This document shows, piece by piece, positions 48,045-58,699 of a stretch of DNA of 64,000 nucleotides. The DNA comes from Desulfosudaceae bacterium (GTDB taxonomy: Bacteria; Desulfobacterota; Desulfobacteria; Desulfobacterales; Desulfosudaceae), in contig CAXXDV010000003.1 of NCBI GenBank assembly GCA_963674745.2, forward strand, positions 1,248,001-1,312,000, read 5' to 3'. Position 1 is the stretch's first letter. Each line of letters begins with the position of its first letter. The notes under the pieces were generated by a model. That model saw only the letters and a list, made by a program, of their open reading frames with translations. It was not told the origin of the DNA and ran no database searches. Made by a program: the position numbers and the translations under genes.

Positions 48045-48923
48045 ATGATTTGGCCAAACGGTTTTGCGTGTTCAAAATGCGGACACAGCGAGTATTGGGT
48101 GAGCTCCAAACATCTTTACATTTGCAAACGCTGTGAGCATCATCACTCGCTGAACGCCGGCACGATTATGGACAGCACCAAAAAGCCGATCACTTATTGG
48201 TTTAAGGCCATGTGGTGGTTTACAACTAGAAAGTCAGGCATCAACGCTGTAAGCCTCCAAAATTTATTAGGGTTCGGTAGTTACAGCACCGCCTGGATTT
48301 GGCTCCAGAAATTGAGGCGCTGCACCATTCGTAACGGCCGAGAGAAGTTGTCTGGACGCGTTGAGGTTGATGAATTTTTCGTCGGCGGCCAGAAGCCCGG
48401 CAAAAAGGGCCGTGGCGCTGAAGGGAAGATGGTTGTAGCCATTGCCGTTGAACGAGATGACAAGAAGAAAAAGATCGGCCGTTGCCCTCTGCAAGTCCTA
48501 TTGGACTGTTCGGAGGATTCATTGAAAACTTTCATTGAAACAAATATCGAACCCGGCAGTAAAATAACGACTGATTCCTGGGCCAGTTACCATTTTATTG
48601 ACAAAGAACACTACAAACACGAGCAAATAAATCAATCCAAGACCAGCAGTAGCAACAAAGCGCTGTACGGCGTCCACATAATAATTTCTTTGATTAAACG
48701 ACTTATCACGGGAACATACCAAGGACGGTTTGAGCCCAAATATATTCAAAACTATCTGGATGAATATGTGTTCCGCTTTAATCGTCGTAAATCAGCATCA
48801 ATAGGCAAAAAGTTTATGCGTATCGTCCAGCAGGCTGTTAAAACGCCAAAAATTATAGGGAAAAATATCCTGTGGGATATGGATCCAATTTCCGAATATT
48901 ATCTACTTGGGCTTTTCAGATAA
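48045..48923 (+). mobile_element. IS1595-family transposase
   Basis: WPNGFACSKC...CKRC zinc ribbon, VEVDEFFVGG, TTDSWASY, QNYLDEYVFRFNRR; frame stays open upstream to about 47925 without an ATG, so the native start may be lost. Confidence 0.88.
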
Positions 48924-49065
48924 CCGTATTTAGTAAAATAACGTTGGGATTTTATCATAAGTATTTATTTATTCATGCCAATGTCTCAAGCCGGAAATTA
49001 TTACGGGGGGCGAAATGGGACGCCCTGTTGGTGCCAGGTTACAGCGACTGGCTCTGTGGAGGGAT

Positions 49066-49281
49066 CTAAACTGCAACCGGGGTAAGGGTGAAAACGTGGG
49101 CAAGCCGACCAGCAGCTTTTACGTCTCCTCTACGCAAAGCGTCGCGAACATCATCAAGCTTCATGGCATCATCAATGGATAGATAAGGCGACCAGCCTTC
49201 ATCAGTATCAATCAGTTCAATGTTAACTTTGGCTACATATTGCCCTTCATGAACAAGTTTTGTGTGACGCCTCTTCCTCAT
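49066..49281 (-). CDS. Small hypothetical protein, putative partner/antitoxin of the DUF4258 gene
   Basis: 71 aa; ATGA overlap with the upstream DUF4258 gene; [24 protein letters not shown]. Confidence 0.65.
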   Translation of the reverse strand: MRKRRHTKLVHEGQYVAKVNIELIDTDEGWSPYLSIDDAMKLDDVRDALRRGDVKAAGRLAHVFTLTPVAV

Positions 49282-49601
49282 AGCTTTCTCCTCTTAAAAT
49301 CATTTGACCACTTATCCGGATCTGGCCTATAGGCAGTGACTAAAACAGCAGGGGATGAGGCTCCCATCGGTATCCCCCGTACCACATGGATCGGGTTCCC
49401 CTGGTTGTCGTTCTGCAACACCAAAACACATGGTCCTTTTGAATATTCCGGATAATCTTCAACGACCACAGCCGTAACAATATTGGCTATTATATCTTTC
49501 GCAAAAATATCATCTTCTGCAAGTTCATCGTAGCCATGGTCTGATATCATCACATTTTTTTGCTCGACCAGCTCAAGAATTTTTTGAAATGTTTTGCTCA
49601 T
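49278..49601 (-). CDS. DUF4258-domain protein (putative RNase toxin)
   Basis: [38 protein letters not shown]. Confidence 0.8.
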   Translation of the reverse strand: MSKTFQKILELVEQKNVMISDHGYDELAEDDIFAKDIIANIVTAVVVEDYPEYSKGPCVLVLQNDNQGNPIHVVRGIPMGASSPAVLVTAYRPDPDKWSNDFKRRKL

Positions 49602-49604
49602 GTT

Positions 49605-50489
49605 TTATTTTAACCCCTTTGATTGTATTCGGCAAAAGAATATTTTTAAAAACATGGTTTTGATTATGCAGGAAAATTTTTCAAATGATGCGGCTTTTTG
49701 TAACGGCAGCGCGATCAGGTTGCCTAGACCGCCTTTAGGCATGGTGTCCTGGCTGGGAAACAACCTGTCATATGATTTGAACTGGATTTCATGCCTTTTA
49801 CCCATGGCACAGGTGAGCAGGGCAGAACCAAACTTGCGCGCCAACACAGCTGATACATGATTTTCAAAGAAAAACCAGATATGACCGCCTTGACCGGATC
49901 GCGACCGTTCCACAGCAAGGGGAATATTGAACTCGTTGCAGACGTTTCTGACAACAGAGATATCTTTTTGCCAGTCAGCTTCGTCAAAATCCATTGCCAG
50001 AAAGCAGCACGTTTCATCCGGTAGCATTGGATAAATTCCAACAACGATATTCCCTCTTAAATGGTCCTCAATGATGTCTTCGTTCAAAGGGGCATACGCT
50101 TTATGATCACATTTGGTACATGGTATTCTGGGCTTACCGCAAAGGCCCTCCTGCCATTGATTCAAGCAAACAGGCGAATAGCCTGATGCTCCTTTCTTTT
50201 TATTCTCCCACCGCTTTGCATATACATCTTCGCGGCCTCTAAAAAGAGACATGAACAGACGGATCTTGGAAATAGAATCCGAAGTGCTGTCCACGCCTGA
50301 AAAACGATTGCTTCCAGTTGGTTCATTATCGAATATCGTTGCTTCTATTTTTGTTGCTGAGGCAGGATTTCGGGCTAACGCAGGTTCCGTTTGGCCGAGT
50401 TGGGCTTTCAGTTGGTCGTTTTCTTTTGTTAATCGACTAACTTCGTCTAGCAGGGATTTGTATTTTTCAAGCAGTGTCTTATAATTCAT
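49605..50489 (-). pseudogene. Truncated AEP (TOTE-type) primase-domain protein; the usually fused helicase is missing
   Basis: LFRGREDVYAKRW, GYSPVC, GIYPML, FLAMDFD, ERSRSGQGGHIWFFF, YDRLFPSQD, GNLIALPLQ, then unrelated sequence. Confidence 0.7.
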
Positions 50490-50633
50490 CGTTGAACCCA
50501 TGATGTTCTGAACAATTTGTAAATATAACATATTTTTGTGATATTGTCCGTTAAAAGAATTTTGGATTCTTTTCAATTTGTGCTAAGATAAACATTATCA
50601 GCATTTTTTATAATCCGATGATAAGGTGGCAGC

Positions 50634-51015
50634 GTGAAACCGTTGAGTATGATGAAGAGGGGACGTATCCAGGATCTTGATCGTTCCTTTGATATTCAAT
50701 TCTGGCAGCAGCAGGAGCCTAAGGTCCGCTTTAACGCCGCCTGGGAGTTGATAGTTCACGCCGGGCGGGTGAAAGGATACAGCGAACTGTTGAAAACTTT
50801 CAACGACAATAACGTTCAATATCTGGTTATCGGCGGGTATGCCCTGATTCAATACGCTGAACCGCGATATACAAAAGATCTCGATTTGTGGATCAGCACC
50901 ACGCCGGAGAACGCCACTGCCGTTTTTAATTCGCTCAAACAGTTCGGCGCACCGCTGGATGATTTGACGTCGAAAGATTTTGCCGAGGATGGTTTTTTTT
51001 ATCAAATGGGCATCA
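50634..51015 (+). pseudogene. Fused remnant of a small partner gene and a truncated nucleotidyltransferase (DUF6036-like)
   Basis: DRSFDIQFWQQQ..RFNAAWEL joined to YLVIGGYA..PRYTKDLDLW; similarity ends at FFYQMG, next to the convergent gene's stop. Confidence 0.6.
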
Positions 51016-54000
51016 TTACCCGGATGCGACTTTCCCTTTTTGCCTCTGTCCGGGATCGCCGGCCTGACGCGGATAGGTCAGGTAGGGAATGATCTTGGAA
51101 TTCTTGAAGCTGCCGGTCCCGTCATAGGTGATGGTGACAACGGGTATGCCGGTTCTCTCCTCGATGGTTTGGGACATGGCCTGGGTAACGATGGAGGGAC
51201 AGCAGAAGGCGGGGTTGGTCTGCACGAACAGGGCCAGGTTGGGATAGTATTTCTTGATGTAATGGATCTTTAAAATGTTGTCCATGGACTCGCCGGTGTG
51301 TTCCAGGCCCATATGGTATCCAGCCAGTATCTTGTCCGGTGCGTCCGTGTAATCATGTTCCGGTTCCTGGATCACCCGCTCAAAATGGCGGTAGTACTTT
51401 CTTTCCATCCATTGCACCGCCGATATAATCGTTTTTGATGAAAAGGCATGCCAGTATTTTCCCTCCCGGAACCATTTGCGGACATACGGACCCGCGATCA
51501 TTCGCCCGTAAGTGCTGTAGGGCGTGGTGATGACTTCGCCACCGTTTTTTTCAATAAAGCGGATCAGGTTCTGGTTGATGAACCGGTTGTCGCGTACATA
51601 CAGGTCTCCGAAGATAGCCACCTGGGGCCTTTGTTCCCGGCGGATGTCAATCGCTTTGAACAGGGTGGTAACAGTCGCGGCCGCGTCATCCCTGTCCCGC
51701 AGGCCCAGAAATGCGTCAGTACAAATTCGAACGCTTTCGGTTAATGCCCGGTCCGTAGCCCCGGCTTCACATTCGTAGGGCCGGATCCGACAGGCCATTT
51801 TCCGCAGCATGCCCCCGAACATGAAGGCAAAGTAGGCGTTCATCGAGATCCGGTGAGAAATATCGCTCAAGGTGATGTCGCCGTTATACACGCTCGCTTT
51901 TTCCATGCCGTTGCCCAGGCCGTTCACCAGCCGCTTGATATGGTAGGGATACAGCTTGAGGTTGCAGGCAATTTCACCGCTGGCCATCCACAGCACCGAC
52001 TGGGCCGGATCCAGGTTGTGGTGCTCGACGTAATCGGCAAATTCCTGGGCGATGATGTTCAGCGGGATACACTGGCCGGTGTTGTGCCGCAGGCTTTTCC
52101 GCACGCTGGCTTCGGTCTCTTTCAGCAGCCGGGCATCGTATCCTTCGCGTTGGAAGGCGGCCACCAGCAGCCGGCAGGTGATATCATCCCAGTTGGGCAT
52201 GACGATGGTTTTGCCGTCCAGGCTTCCGGCATGGGCCGGGTGCAAAGACCGGCACGAGGCCCGGGGAACCGGCGGTGCGACACTGTCGTTGTGGTTGCGA
52301 AAGGACCGCACGGCCGCCTCAATCCGGGTTTCATAGCCGACGCTGGAGCCGTGCTCATCAAGCTGCAGGATCAGGTAGGGCTTGTCGTGCAGGTCCATTA
52401 TATGTCTGAAATAATCCATCACAAAAGAATCCGGTGTGCACATGAACGAGGTCAGCAGCACCGGATAACACGACTCGGTCTGGGCGGCGATCACGGCGGC
52501 CGAAAGAATGGCCGAGGCATGTTCCCAGTGGATTTCATCCAGCAGGGGCCGGATGGTCTCAAGATCGGCGGTCCCGGGGTCGAGCATGTCCTGGTAAAAG
52601 ACCTTGATCCCCTGGGCGGCGAATATGTCCGGAATATTCTTGTTCATTTCCCGGGTCAGGACGGTATACGGCCGTCCCAGCAGCACCACGTGGATATCGT
52701 CGGATGGTTTGGGTGTCTTGCGGTATATGCTTTGCAGCCGGGCGCGTGTTTTTCGGCGATGCTCCATGGCGCTGTCATAGGCCTTGCTTACCTCCATGAA
52801 CCAGACGGTGTCCCGGCAGATGGATTTGAGCATCCGGTAAAGCTGCATTTTGGTGTGGAAATGGCTGTACAGGTAATTGACCAGCGGCATCAGCAGCCGG
52901 GATGCGTCGACCTGCCCGGCGATCATGGTGGCGGCGTACTGGGTGTAATAGCAGAACTGGCGGCGGGTGTGTTTGGCCTTGTCCCGGTTTTCAAAATACT
53001 GGGGCAGAAATACGTAATCGGCCTTTTCCAGCAGATGGTCGACATGACCGTGCAGGGCCGTGATCGGCGCGCAGAATTCAGCCCCGGCCAGTTGCTTGCC
53101 GGTTTTCACACCCTCGCGGAAGCGGTCGCTGACAATCGTGCGCAGGCCGAGCTGCCCGAAAAAATGTTGCCAGAAGGGCAGGTCGTCAACCAGGTGCAGG
53201 GCTGCCGGGATGCCGATGGTGGTCTTCCGAACCGGTGCTTTGTGCGGCAAATCCTGCTGCGCTTTTTCCCGGCTGGCTGCCAGGTCAAATCCGGAGGTGT
53301 TGTTGCGCACGAACCGCCGCGTTTCATAATCACGGCCGCACAAAAATCCAAAGGCCACGGTCTCTGTTCCCACCGTGGCGCAGGTGATCTTGCAGTGATT
53401 GGTACACAGGTCGCACACTTCGTTTCGGATCGGTATCTGTTGCCGATAAAGCGACAGCCCTCGAAATTTTGAAACAAAGTCTTCCCGGCCGCGAATCGTT
53501 TCGGCCAGGGTCAGGGCTGTGCCCAGAGCGCCGGTCAAATGACAGTACCGGGACACCTGGATGGGCCGGTTCAGGCGCTGTTCAAAGGCCGCCACCAGGG
53601 CGCTGTTTTTGGCCGTGGCCCCCTGGAAAAAAACGGTTTTACCGATCTGGCCTTCAATGGCTACCTTGGTCAGGTAATTTTCACGAACGGCATGCAGGCT
53701 GGCGGCCAGCATTTCATCCCGTGAATATCCGGCGCTCAAAAAGTGATTGATGTCCCGCTCCATGAAGACGGTGCAGCGGTCGCTGGTCATGGGCGACTTG
53801 CAGCCCCTGGTGCGGACAGGAAACTCGTCCAGAGGGCATTGCAGGCGTTTGGCCTGTTCCTCGATAAAGCTGCCGGTACCGGCCGCGCATACGGTGTTCA
53901 TGGCCGAGAAGGTCACGCGGCCGTTTTTCAAGGTGGTGAACTTGGCGTCCTGCCCCCCGATTTCAATGATGGTGTCCACCCCCGGGTCCAGTTCCACCGC

Positions 54001-55266
54001 CGCCCGGGCATGGGCGGTAATTTCATCCAGAATCAGGTCGGCTCCCAGGATACGGCCGACGAACTTGCGGCCCGACCCGGTTGTTCCGGCCCCGCAAATG
54101 GAAATATCAATTTTTTTGCGTCGACCCAGGTCTTCTGCGGCGGCCAGAACCGACTGCATCGCGTCCACCGGTCGCCCGGCCGTGCGGGTGTAAAAACCGG
54201 CCAGGACATCGCCGGTATCGTCAACCAACACCGCCTTGGTGCTGGTGGACCCGATGTCGATGCCGATAAACGCCTCCCATGCACCCGCGTCCTCACGCTC
54301 ATCATAAACGTCCACCTCGACCGCGCATCGCTTCTTATCATTATCCGGGAAAAACACATACCGTTCATGTGCTTTAAAATCCGGGTATCGGGAAAGGGAC
54401 AGTTCCAGCGGCGGGTAGGCATAGGCCTGTTCATTTTTGACAGGAACAACAATGTCCCCGGGGTTCCGTAAACAAACCCGTCCATCACCGGCGTCAGCCT
54501 CGTTTAAACGGTTTATGGCTGCGCCAAAGGCGCCGTACAGATGGGACCATCGGTCGACCACAATCTCCATCCCTGTCAGGGCGCTGATATGCCCGACTAC
54601 CGCGCGGTTGTGCGATACGCCGCCGCATAAAACAAGGGGGGGGAACGGCTGTTCATTTGAAAAAAGCGTATCCACAATATTGCGGGCCAGGCCATGGCAC
54701 AGGCCGTCGCATATGCTATCCAGGCAATAACCTTCCTGCTGAGCGTGAATCAGGTCGGTTTTGGCAAACACGGCGCAGCGGCTGGCAATACGGGGGATGT
54801 CGCCGGTATTTTTAAGGGCACGCGCGCACAGGTCTTCAATCCCGGCCAGGTTGAGGCGCCCGGCCTGCTGGTCAAGAAAGCTGCCCGTGCCGGCGGCACA
54901 CGATGTGTTGGACAGGTATTTACGGTAGTTTCCGGCTTTATCAAAGAGTATCAGGCCGAATTTTTCACCGCCCACAGAAAGAATGGCTCCGGCATCGGGG
55001 TGAAGTTCATGGCTGGCAGAGATAATGGACACCTGATCATCATACCGGAAAGCGGTCCGGATGATGCCCGGGGTTGATGATGTGACCCCGACAGCAGATA
55101 TTTTGGACAGATCAAGGCCTTCCAGCATCTCCCCGACGGTTTCAACGATATTGCCGCCATGGAAACGATAGTCTTTTTGAATAATGCGTTTTTCCGGGGA
55201 GATCACTATCAGCGCCGCGGCAACGGAGCCAACATCTATCCCCAGAATGTGTTCCTGAACCGCCAT
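51016..55266 (-). CDS. 2-hydroxyacyl-CoA dehydratase activator-like multidomain protein (two ASKHA ATPase domains plus a DUF2229-type region)
   Basis: GIDVGS and GIDIGSTSTK; two CAAGTGSF; RCAVF/RCTVF; EIGGQDAK; VLLGRPY; LDEH; NTGQCIP. Confidence 0.88.
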   Translation of the reverse strand: MAVQEHILGIDVGSVAAALIVISPEKRIIQKDYRFHGGNIVETVGEMLEGLDLSKISAVGVTSSTPGIIRTAFRYDDQVSIISASHELHPDAGAILSVGGEKFGLILFDKAGNYRKYLSNTSCAAGTGSFLDQQAGRLNLAGIEDLCARALKNTGDIPRIASRCAVFAKTDLIHAQQEGYCLDSICDGLCHGLARNIVDTLFSNEQPFPPLVLCGGVSHNRAVVGHISALTGMEIVVDRWSHLYGAFGAAINRLNEADAGDGRVCLRNPGDIVVPVKNEQAYAYPPLELSLSRYPDFKAHERYVFFPDNDKKRCAVEVDVYDEREDAGAWEAFIGIDIGSTSTKAVLVDDTGDVLAGFYTRTAGRPVDAMQSVLAAAEDLGRRKKIDISICGAGTTGSGRKFVGRILGADLILDEITAHARAAVELDPGVDTIIEIGGQDAKFTTLKNGRVTFSAMNTVCAAGTGSFIEEQAKRLQCPLDEFPVRTRGCKSPMTSDRCTVFMERDINHFLSAGYSRDEMLAASLHAVRENYLTKVAIEGQIGKTVFFQGATAKNSALVAAFEQRLNRPIQVSRYCHLTGALGTALTLAETIRGREDFVSKFRGLSLYRQQIPIRNEVCDLCTNHCKITCATVGTETVAFGFLCGRDYETRRFVRNNTSGFDLAASREKAQQDLPHKAPVRKTTIGIPAALHLVDDLPFWQHFFGQLGLRTIVSDRFREGVKTGKQLAGAEFCAPITALHGHVDHLLEKADYVFLPQYFENRDKAKHTRRQFCYYTQYAATMIAGQVDASRLLMPLVNYLYSHFHTKMQLYRMLKSICRDTVWFMEVSKAYDSAMEHRRKTRARLQSIYRKTPKPSDDIHVVLLGRPYTVLTREMNKNIPDIFAAQGIKVFYQDMLDPGTADLETIRPLLDEIHWEHASAILSAAVIAAQTESCYPVLLTSFMCTPDSFVMDYFRHIMDLHDKPYLILQLDEHGSSVGYETRIEAAVRSFRNHNDSVAPPVPRASCRSLHPAHAGSLDGKTIVMPNWDDITCRLLVAAFQREGYDARLLKETEASVRKSLRHNTGQCIPLNIIAQEFADYVEHHNLDPAQSVLWMASGEIACNLKLYPYHIKRLVNGLGNGMEKASVYNGDITLSDISHRISMNAYFAFMFGGMLRKMACRIRPYECEAGATDRALTESVRICTDAFLGLRDRDDAAATVTTLFKAIDIRREQRPQVAIFGDLYVRDNRFINQNLIRFIEKNGGEVITTPYSTYGRMIAGPYVRKWFREGKYWHAFSSKTIISAVQWMERKYYRHFERVIQEPEHDYTDAPDKILAGYHMGLEHTGESMDNILKIHYIKKYYPNLALFVQTNPAFCCPSIVTQAMSQTIEERTGIPVVTITYDGTGSFKNSKIIPYLTYPRQAGDPGQRQKGKVASG

Positions 55267-55786
55267 ATCCCCCCAACGCAAAGCTGCATTAAATATCAAT
55301 CAGTTAGACAGGTCGAAGACCCGCAGGATGTCATTGCACCCCAAGGTTTTACAAAACTTTTACAAATATACGCCCAATTATGCCATTGTCAAGTAAAGTC
55401 GGAATATTATGAATCGGAATGCCGCTCCCTTTGTCTACAACTCAAGGCCCATATTTTTTTTAAAAACAGCCTGTCCGGGGTTAGCACTTATAACGTTTAT
55501 GGTTGTCGACAACTATTCAATAACTTTCTACGCTTAATCATCAAATAATGTCGCAATGATCAGGTCGGCATGTTTTTGAATACCCTCCGGGGACAGTATC
55601 CTGCCCCCGCAAAGAGGTGAAAGGGCCATCGGCGCGGCTCCTGCGGCAACGATTAAAAAAAAGCTTTCATGATTATTTACTCTAATTCCAGATACATGGC
55701 AGATATGCTGATAAAATTCCGGATGATGAGACTTGCCAGAATCTTGGCGGCGAACGTCATCTAATGAGTGATTTCAGGGGATATAA

Positions 55787-56011
55787 ATGAATACGATAAC
55801 GATAGATTTTGAAAATTGTAACGGGTGCAGGAAATGTTACAATACCTGTTTTGTAAATGTTTTTTCCTGGGACAAGGCTAACAAGCAGCCAAAGGTCAGT
55901 CACCCGGAGGACTGTGTTCATTATGAACTGGCGCGCTGCAACGAAGCGGAGAGTATGGCGTTGTGTTCAAATTTCAATCCTCGAAATACGTCCATGTATT
56001 CCTCCGGTTAA
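55787..56011 (+). pseudogene. Truncated 4Fe-4S ferredoxin running into a MITE-like repeat
   Basis: IDFENCNGCRKCYNTC...PEDCVH then the second Cys motif is lost; the 3' part is repeat DNA. Confidence 0.65.
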
Positions 56012-56065
56012 AATTTTCGCACGCCTTGACCTCGAATCCAGATTCTGATTTTTAGAGATAACCTT
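55957..56065 (+). mobile_element. Copy of the 26134 MITE-like element lacking its left end and without the REP insert
   Basis: ggcgttgtgttcaaatttcaatcctcgaaatac...cggttaaaattttcgcacgccttgacctcgaa...atttttagagata matches 26174-26303. Confidence 0.8.
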
Positions 56066-56086
56066 AATATTCATGGGGTATGCACA

Positions 56087-56929
56087 ATGAAAAAAAACAA
56101 CTTTTTGCCTGATCTGACCGGTGATGAAAAGACAAAACCTTATGCCGGATATTATTACCGGCAGCCTGCAGCCGTTCCCGGGGATGTTCGAACTGCGCTT
56201 GAGGCCGGGCCGATTGATCTGTCCGATGCACTGCCATTTGAGAAAATAAACGATCTCCTCGAACCGGGTTACCATGCAAAGGAAAACGGATACTGTTTCA
56301 TGCCGGACGGGAGCTGTTACGTGGCCGTTTTGACCCGGATGCCCGGCGTCACCGGCGATATGCTGGATTGGTGGTTCTCATGGCATGCCCAGGAGGATCT
56401 CAGGTATAAGATCTGGTATCCCGGCTCTCATGCGGGAACCGGTGTGAATGATCCCGAGCGCTTGAAAAACAAATCATTACCACTGCGCGAGCGTTATTGG
56501 CACACCACTCACTATCCGGTCGAAGACGTTGGTATCGGCCAGGAAAAGTTGTCCATTACATTCATCCCACCAAAAGAATTCGGTTTCGACACAGCACGTT
56601 TTAAAGCGGCCAATGTCAGTACCGCCATCTGCACCAGAGTCGGCTCAGAAAACAAAAAAGCAGACCATACGGATATGTGCCATTTCGTACGGAAGGTTGA
56701 GGGTGGGGTTGAGATGCGAAGCCGTTTCTGGATCGGCCGCAGGATTAAAGTCAGGATGTTTTCCGACAGATCCCGTGTTAATCGGCTCGCTAACACCAGA
56801 TTCATGAGAAAGATGGCCATTCCCCGAAATACACCCTATCAAATGTCACTCCACTGCGCGCAGGAATATAATAACCTCGCTCAAATTCTTCCTCATCTTT
56901 ACCGGGATTTCGGAGACGACTGTATTTGA
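56087..56929 (+). CDS. DAPG/phloretin hydrolase family (PhlG/Phy-like C-C hydrolase)
   Basis: ENGYC, MPGVTGDMLDWWFSWH, RYKIWYPGSH, HYPVEDVG, MCH, EMRSRFWIG, HCAQEYNNLAQILP. Confidence 0.85.
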   Translation: MKKNNFLPDLTGDEKTKPYAGYYYRQPAAVPGDVRTALEAGPIDLSDALPFEKINDLLEPGYHAKENGYCFMPDGSCYVAVLTRMPGVTGDMLDWWFSWHAQEDLRYKIWYPGSHAGTGVNDPERLKNKSLPLRERYWHTTHYPVEDVGIGQEKLSITFIPPKEFGFDTARFKAANVSTAICTRVGSENKKADHTDMCHFVRKVEGGVEMRSRFWIGRRIKVRMFSDRSRVNRLANTRFMRKMAIPRNTPYQMSLHCAQEYNNLAQILPHLYRDFGDDCI

Positions 56930-57096
56930 CTTGTTTTTATTGAATAAAACGGAGACAATACAAACGTTGTTTTTGCTTAAAAAAATATATTTTTGACGAT
57001 TTTTACGCTTTTTAAAAACCAGTCTGTCCTTGCTATCGAAAATCTTGCCTTACGTCCAGCCAAAATACCCATCAACACTGTGTTTCCGGAAGTATG

Positions 57097-57125
57097 TTGA
57101 CACACATTCCCGGCCTTGCTATAGT
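57097..57125 (+). promoter_or_regulatory. Sigma70 promoter
   Basis: TTGACA-17 bp-TATAGT with an extended -10 TG, 40 bp upstream of ATG 57165. Confidence 0.7.
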
Positions 57126-57164
57126 TCATGGCCATAAAAAAGAAATTTTCTATCCTTAAACTTT

Positions 57165-58640
57165 ATGCTGAATTCCAGAAAAATTATATTTTTTGGCACC
57201 CTTATTTTTCTTGCCTTTTCTTTTTGCTTAATTAGTAATCGTGCAGACCTCGATCTATGGCACAGGCTGGTTGTTGGTTGTCATTTCTTTAACAATGGAG
57301 AGATACTATATCAAGACATCTACTCTTATCTACCGGTAAAAAATATCTGGGTGGACCATGAATGGGGATCCGGTATTATTCTTTATGCCTTTTATCATTT
57401 TTTGGGGGAAAAATCACTTTTTCTATTAAAGTTTTTAATTTTATTCTCAACTTTACTTCTAATCTGGGCCCTTAACAAAAACAGATATCCGCAATTAAAT
57501 CATTATCGAATCATTTTCTATCTGATTGTCATGTATGGAATATTTTTCGGTCTTAAATCAACAATTAGGTGTCATGCTTTTACTTATTTGTTTTTCACCT
57601 TATGGATATATGTACTCGAAAAAATAAGAAACGGTGAATATTATCGATGGTTCTGGTTTTTCCCTTTAACAATGCTCTTCTGGTGTAACCTGCATGGCGG
57701 ATTTGTCTCCGGAATTGGGCTTATTGTTATCTACATTGTGGGTGAGTTCTTAAATAAAAAGTGCATTTATCCATATTTAAAAATTTTATTTTTTATCCTT
57801 TTAGTTACACTGATAAATCCATATGGTTTCAGTCTCTGGCATTTTATAATTGATGCTGTCTCAATACCTCGCAAATATATAGTTGAATGGGCGCCGATAT
57901 ATTTTTTTGGTCCTTTCTATTACCTCAGCTACAAAATTATTTTAATGCTCACAATAGCAGGTTTAATTAACAGTATTTTTATCCGTAAAAACAGAAACCT
58001 GGATAAAACCGGTATGCTTATCATAATAGTGACCTTATATTTGTCTTTAAAACATATTCGCCATACAACATTTTTTGTTATTGCGGCGTCTGTTTTCGGT
58101 TATGGATATTTTTTTGAATTAATAGATAGCTTCAAATCGAAAATCGCCATTTTTTTTAAGAAAAAAATATCTTCAAAAGTCTATGGTTTTTTGATTCTTT
58201 TTTATCATTCTGCGATTTATGCCCTTCTTATATTGTTTTGCATATCTTGCTTAATGACCCGTTCGTTTTCAATCGATTTGCAAATAGAGAACGGGCGTTT
58301 TCCCGTTAAAGCAACCAATTTCATATTACAGAAAAAACTCAGTGGTAACTTACTGTTACCCTTTGACTGGGGCAGTTATGCACTTTGGCATTTGTACCCT
58401 TATTGCAGGGTTTCAATTGATGGACGCTATGAAGAAGTCTATCCGGAAAGTACCTTTGAGGAAGTTTATTTTTTTTTCAATCATATATATAATTGGAAAC
58501 AGATTCTAAAAAAATACCATCATGATATTATCTTAATAGATAAAAAAGAATATTTCAGAACCTATTTATATTTGTATGATTCTTATGAATGGGAAAAAAT
58601 ATATGAAGATGAGTATGCAGCCGTTTTTCTTCCAGTGTGA
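57165..58640 (+). CDS. Polytopic membrane protein, putative GT-C-type glycosyltransferase
   Basis: DLDLWHRL..G, WVDHEWG, WCNLHGGF, INPYG, EWAP, WGSY, IDGRYEEVY; very AT-rich. Confidence 0.65.
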   Translation: MLNSRKIIFFGTLIFLAFSFCLISNRADLDLWHRLVVGCHFFNNGEILYQDIYSYLPVKNIWVDHEWGSGIILYAFYHFLGEKSLFLLKFLILFSTLLLIWALNKNRYPQLNHYRIIFYLIVMYGIFFGLKSTIRCHAFTYLFFTLWIYVLEKIRNGEYYRWFWFFPLTMLFWCNLHGGFVSGIGLIVIYIVGEFLNKKCIYPYLKILFFILLVTLINPYGFSLWHFIIDAVSIPRKYIVEWAPIYFFGPFYYLSYKIILMLTIAGLINSIFIRKNRNLDKTGMLIIIVTLYLSLKHIRHTTFFVIAASVFGYGYFFELIDSFKSKIAIFFKKKISSKVYGFLILFYHSAIYALLILFCISCLMTRSFSIDLQIENGRFPVKATNFILQKKLSGNLLLPFDWGSYALWHLYPYCRVSIDGRYEEVYPESTFEEVYFFFNHIYNWKQILKKYHHDIILIDKKEYFRTYLYLYDSYEWEKIYEDEYAAVFLPV

Positions 58641-58699
58641 CAGGAAATGATCGGCAGGGAAGGGCCGTACTGAATATTTCAAAAACAGGGATTGTTACC

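Noticed and set aside
51853..53472. 539-aa plus-strand ORF
   Set aside because: Antisense to the activase-like gene; no recognisable domain
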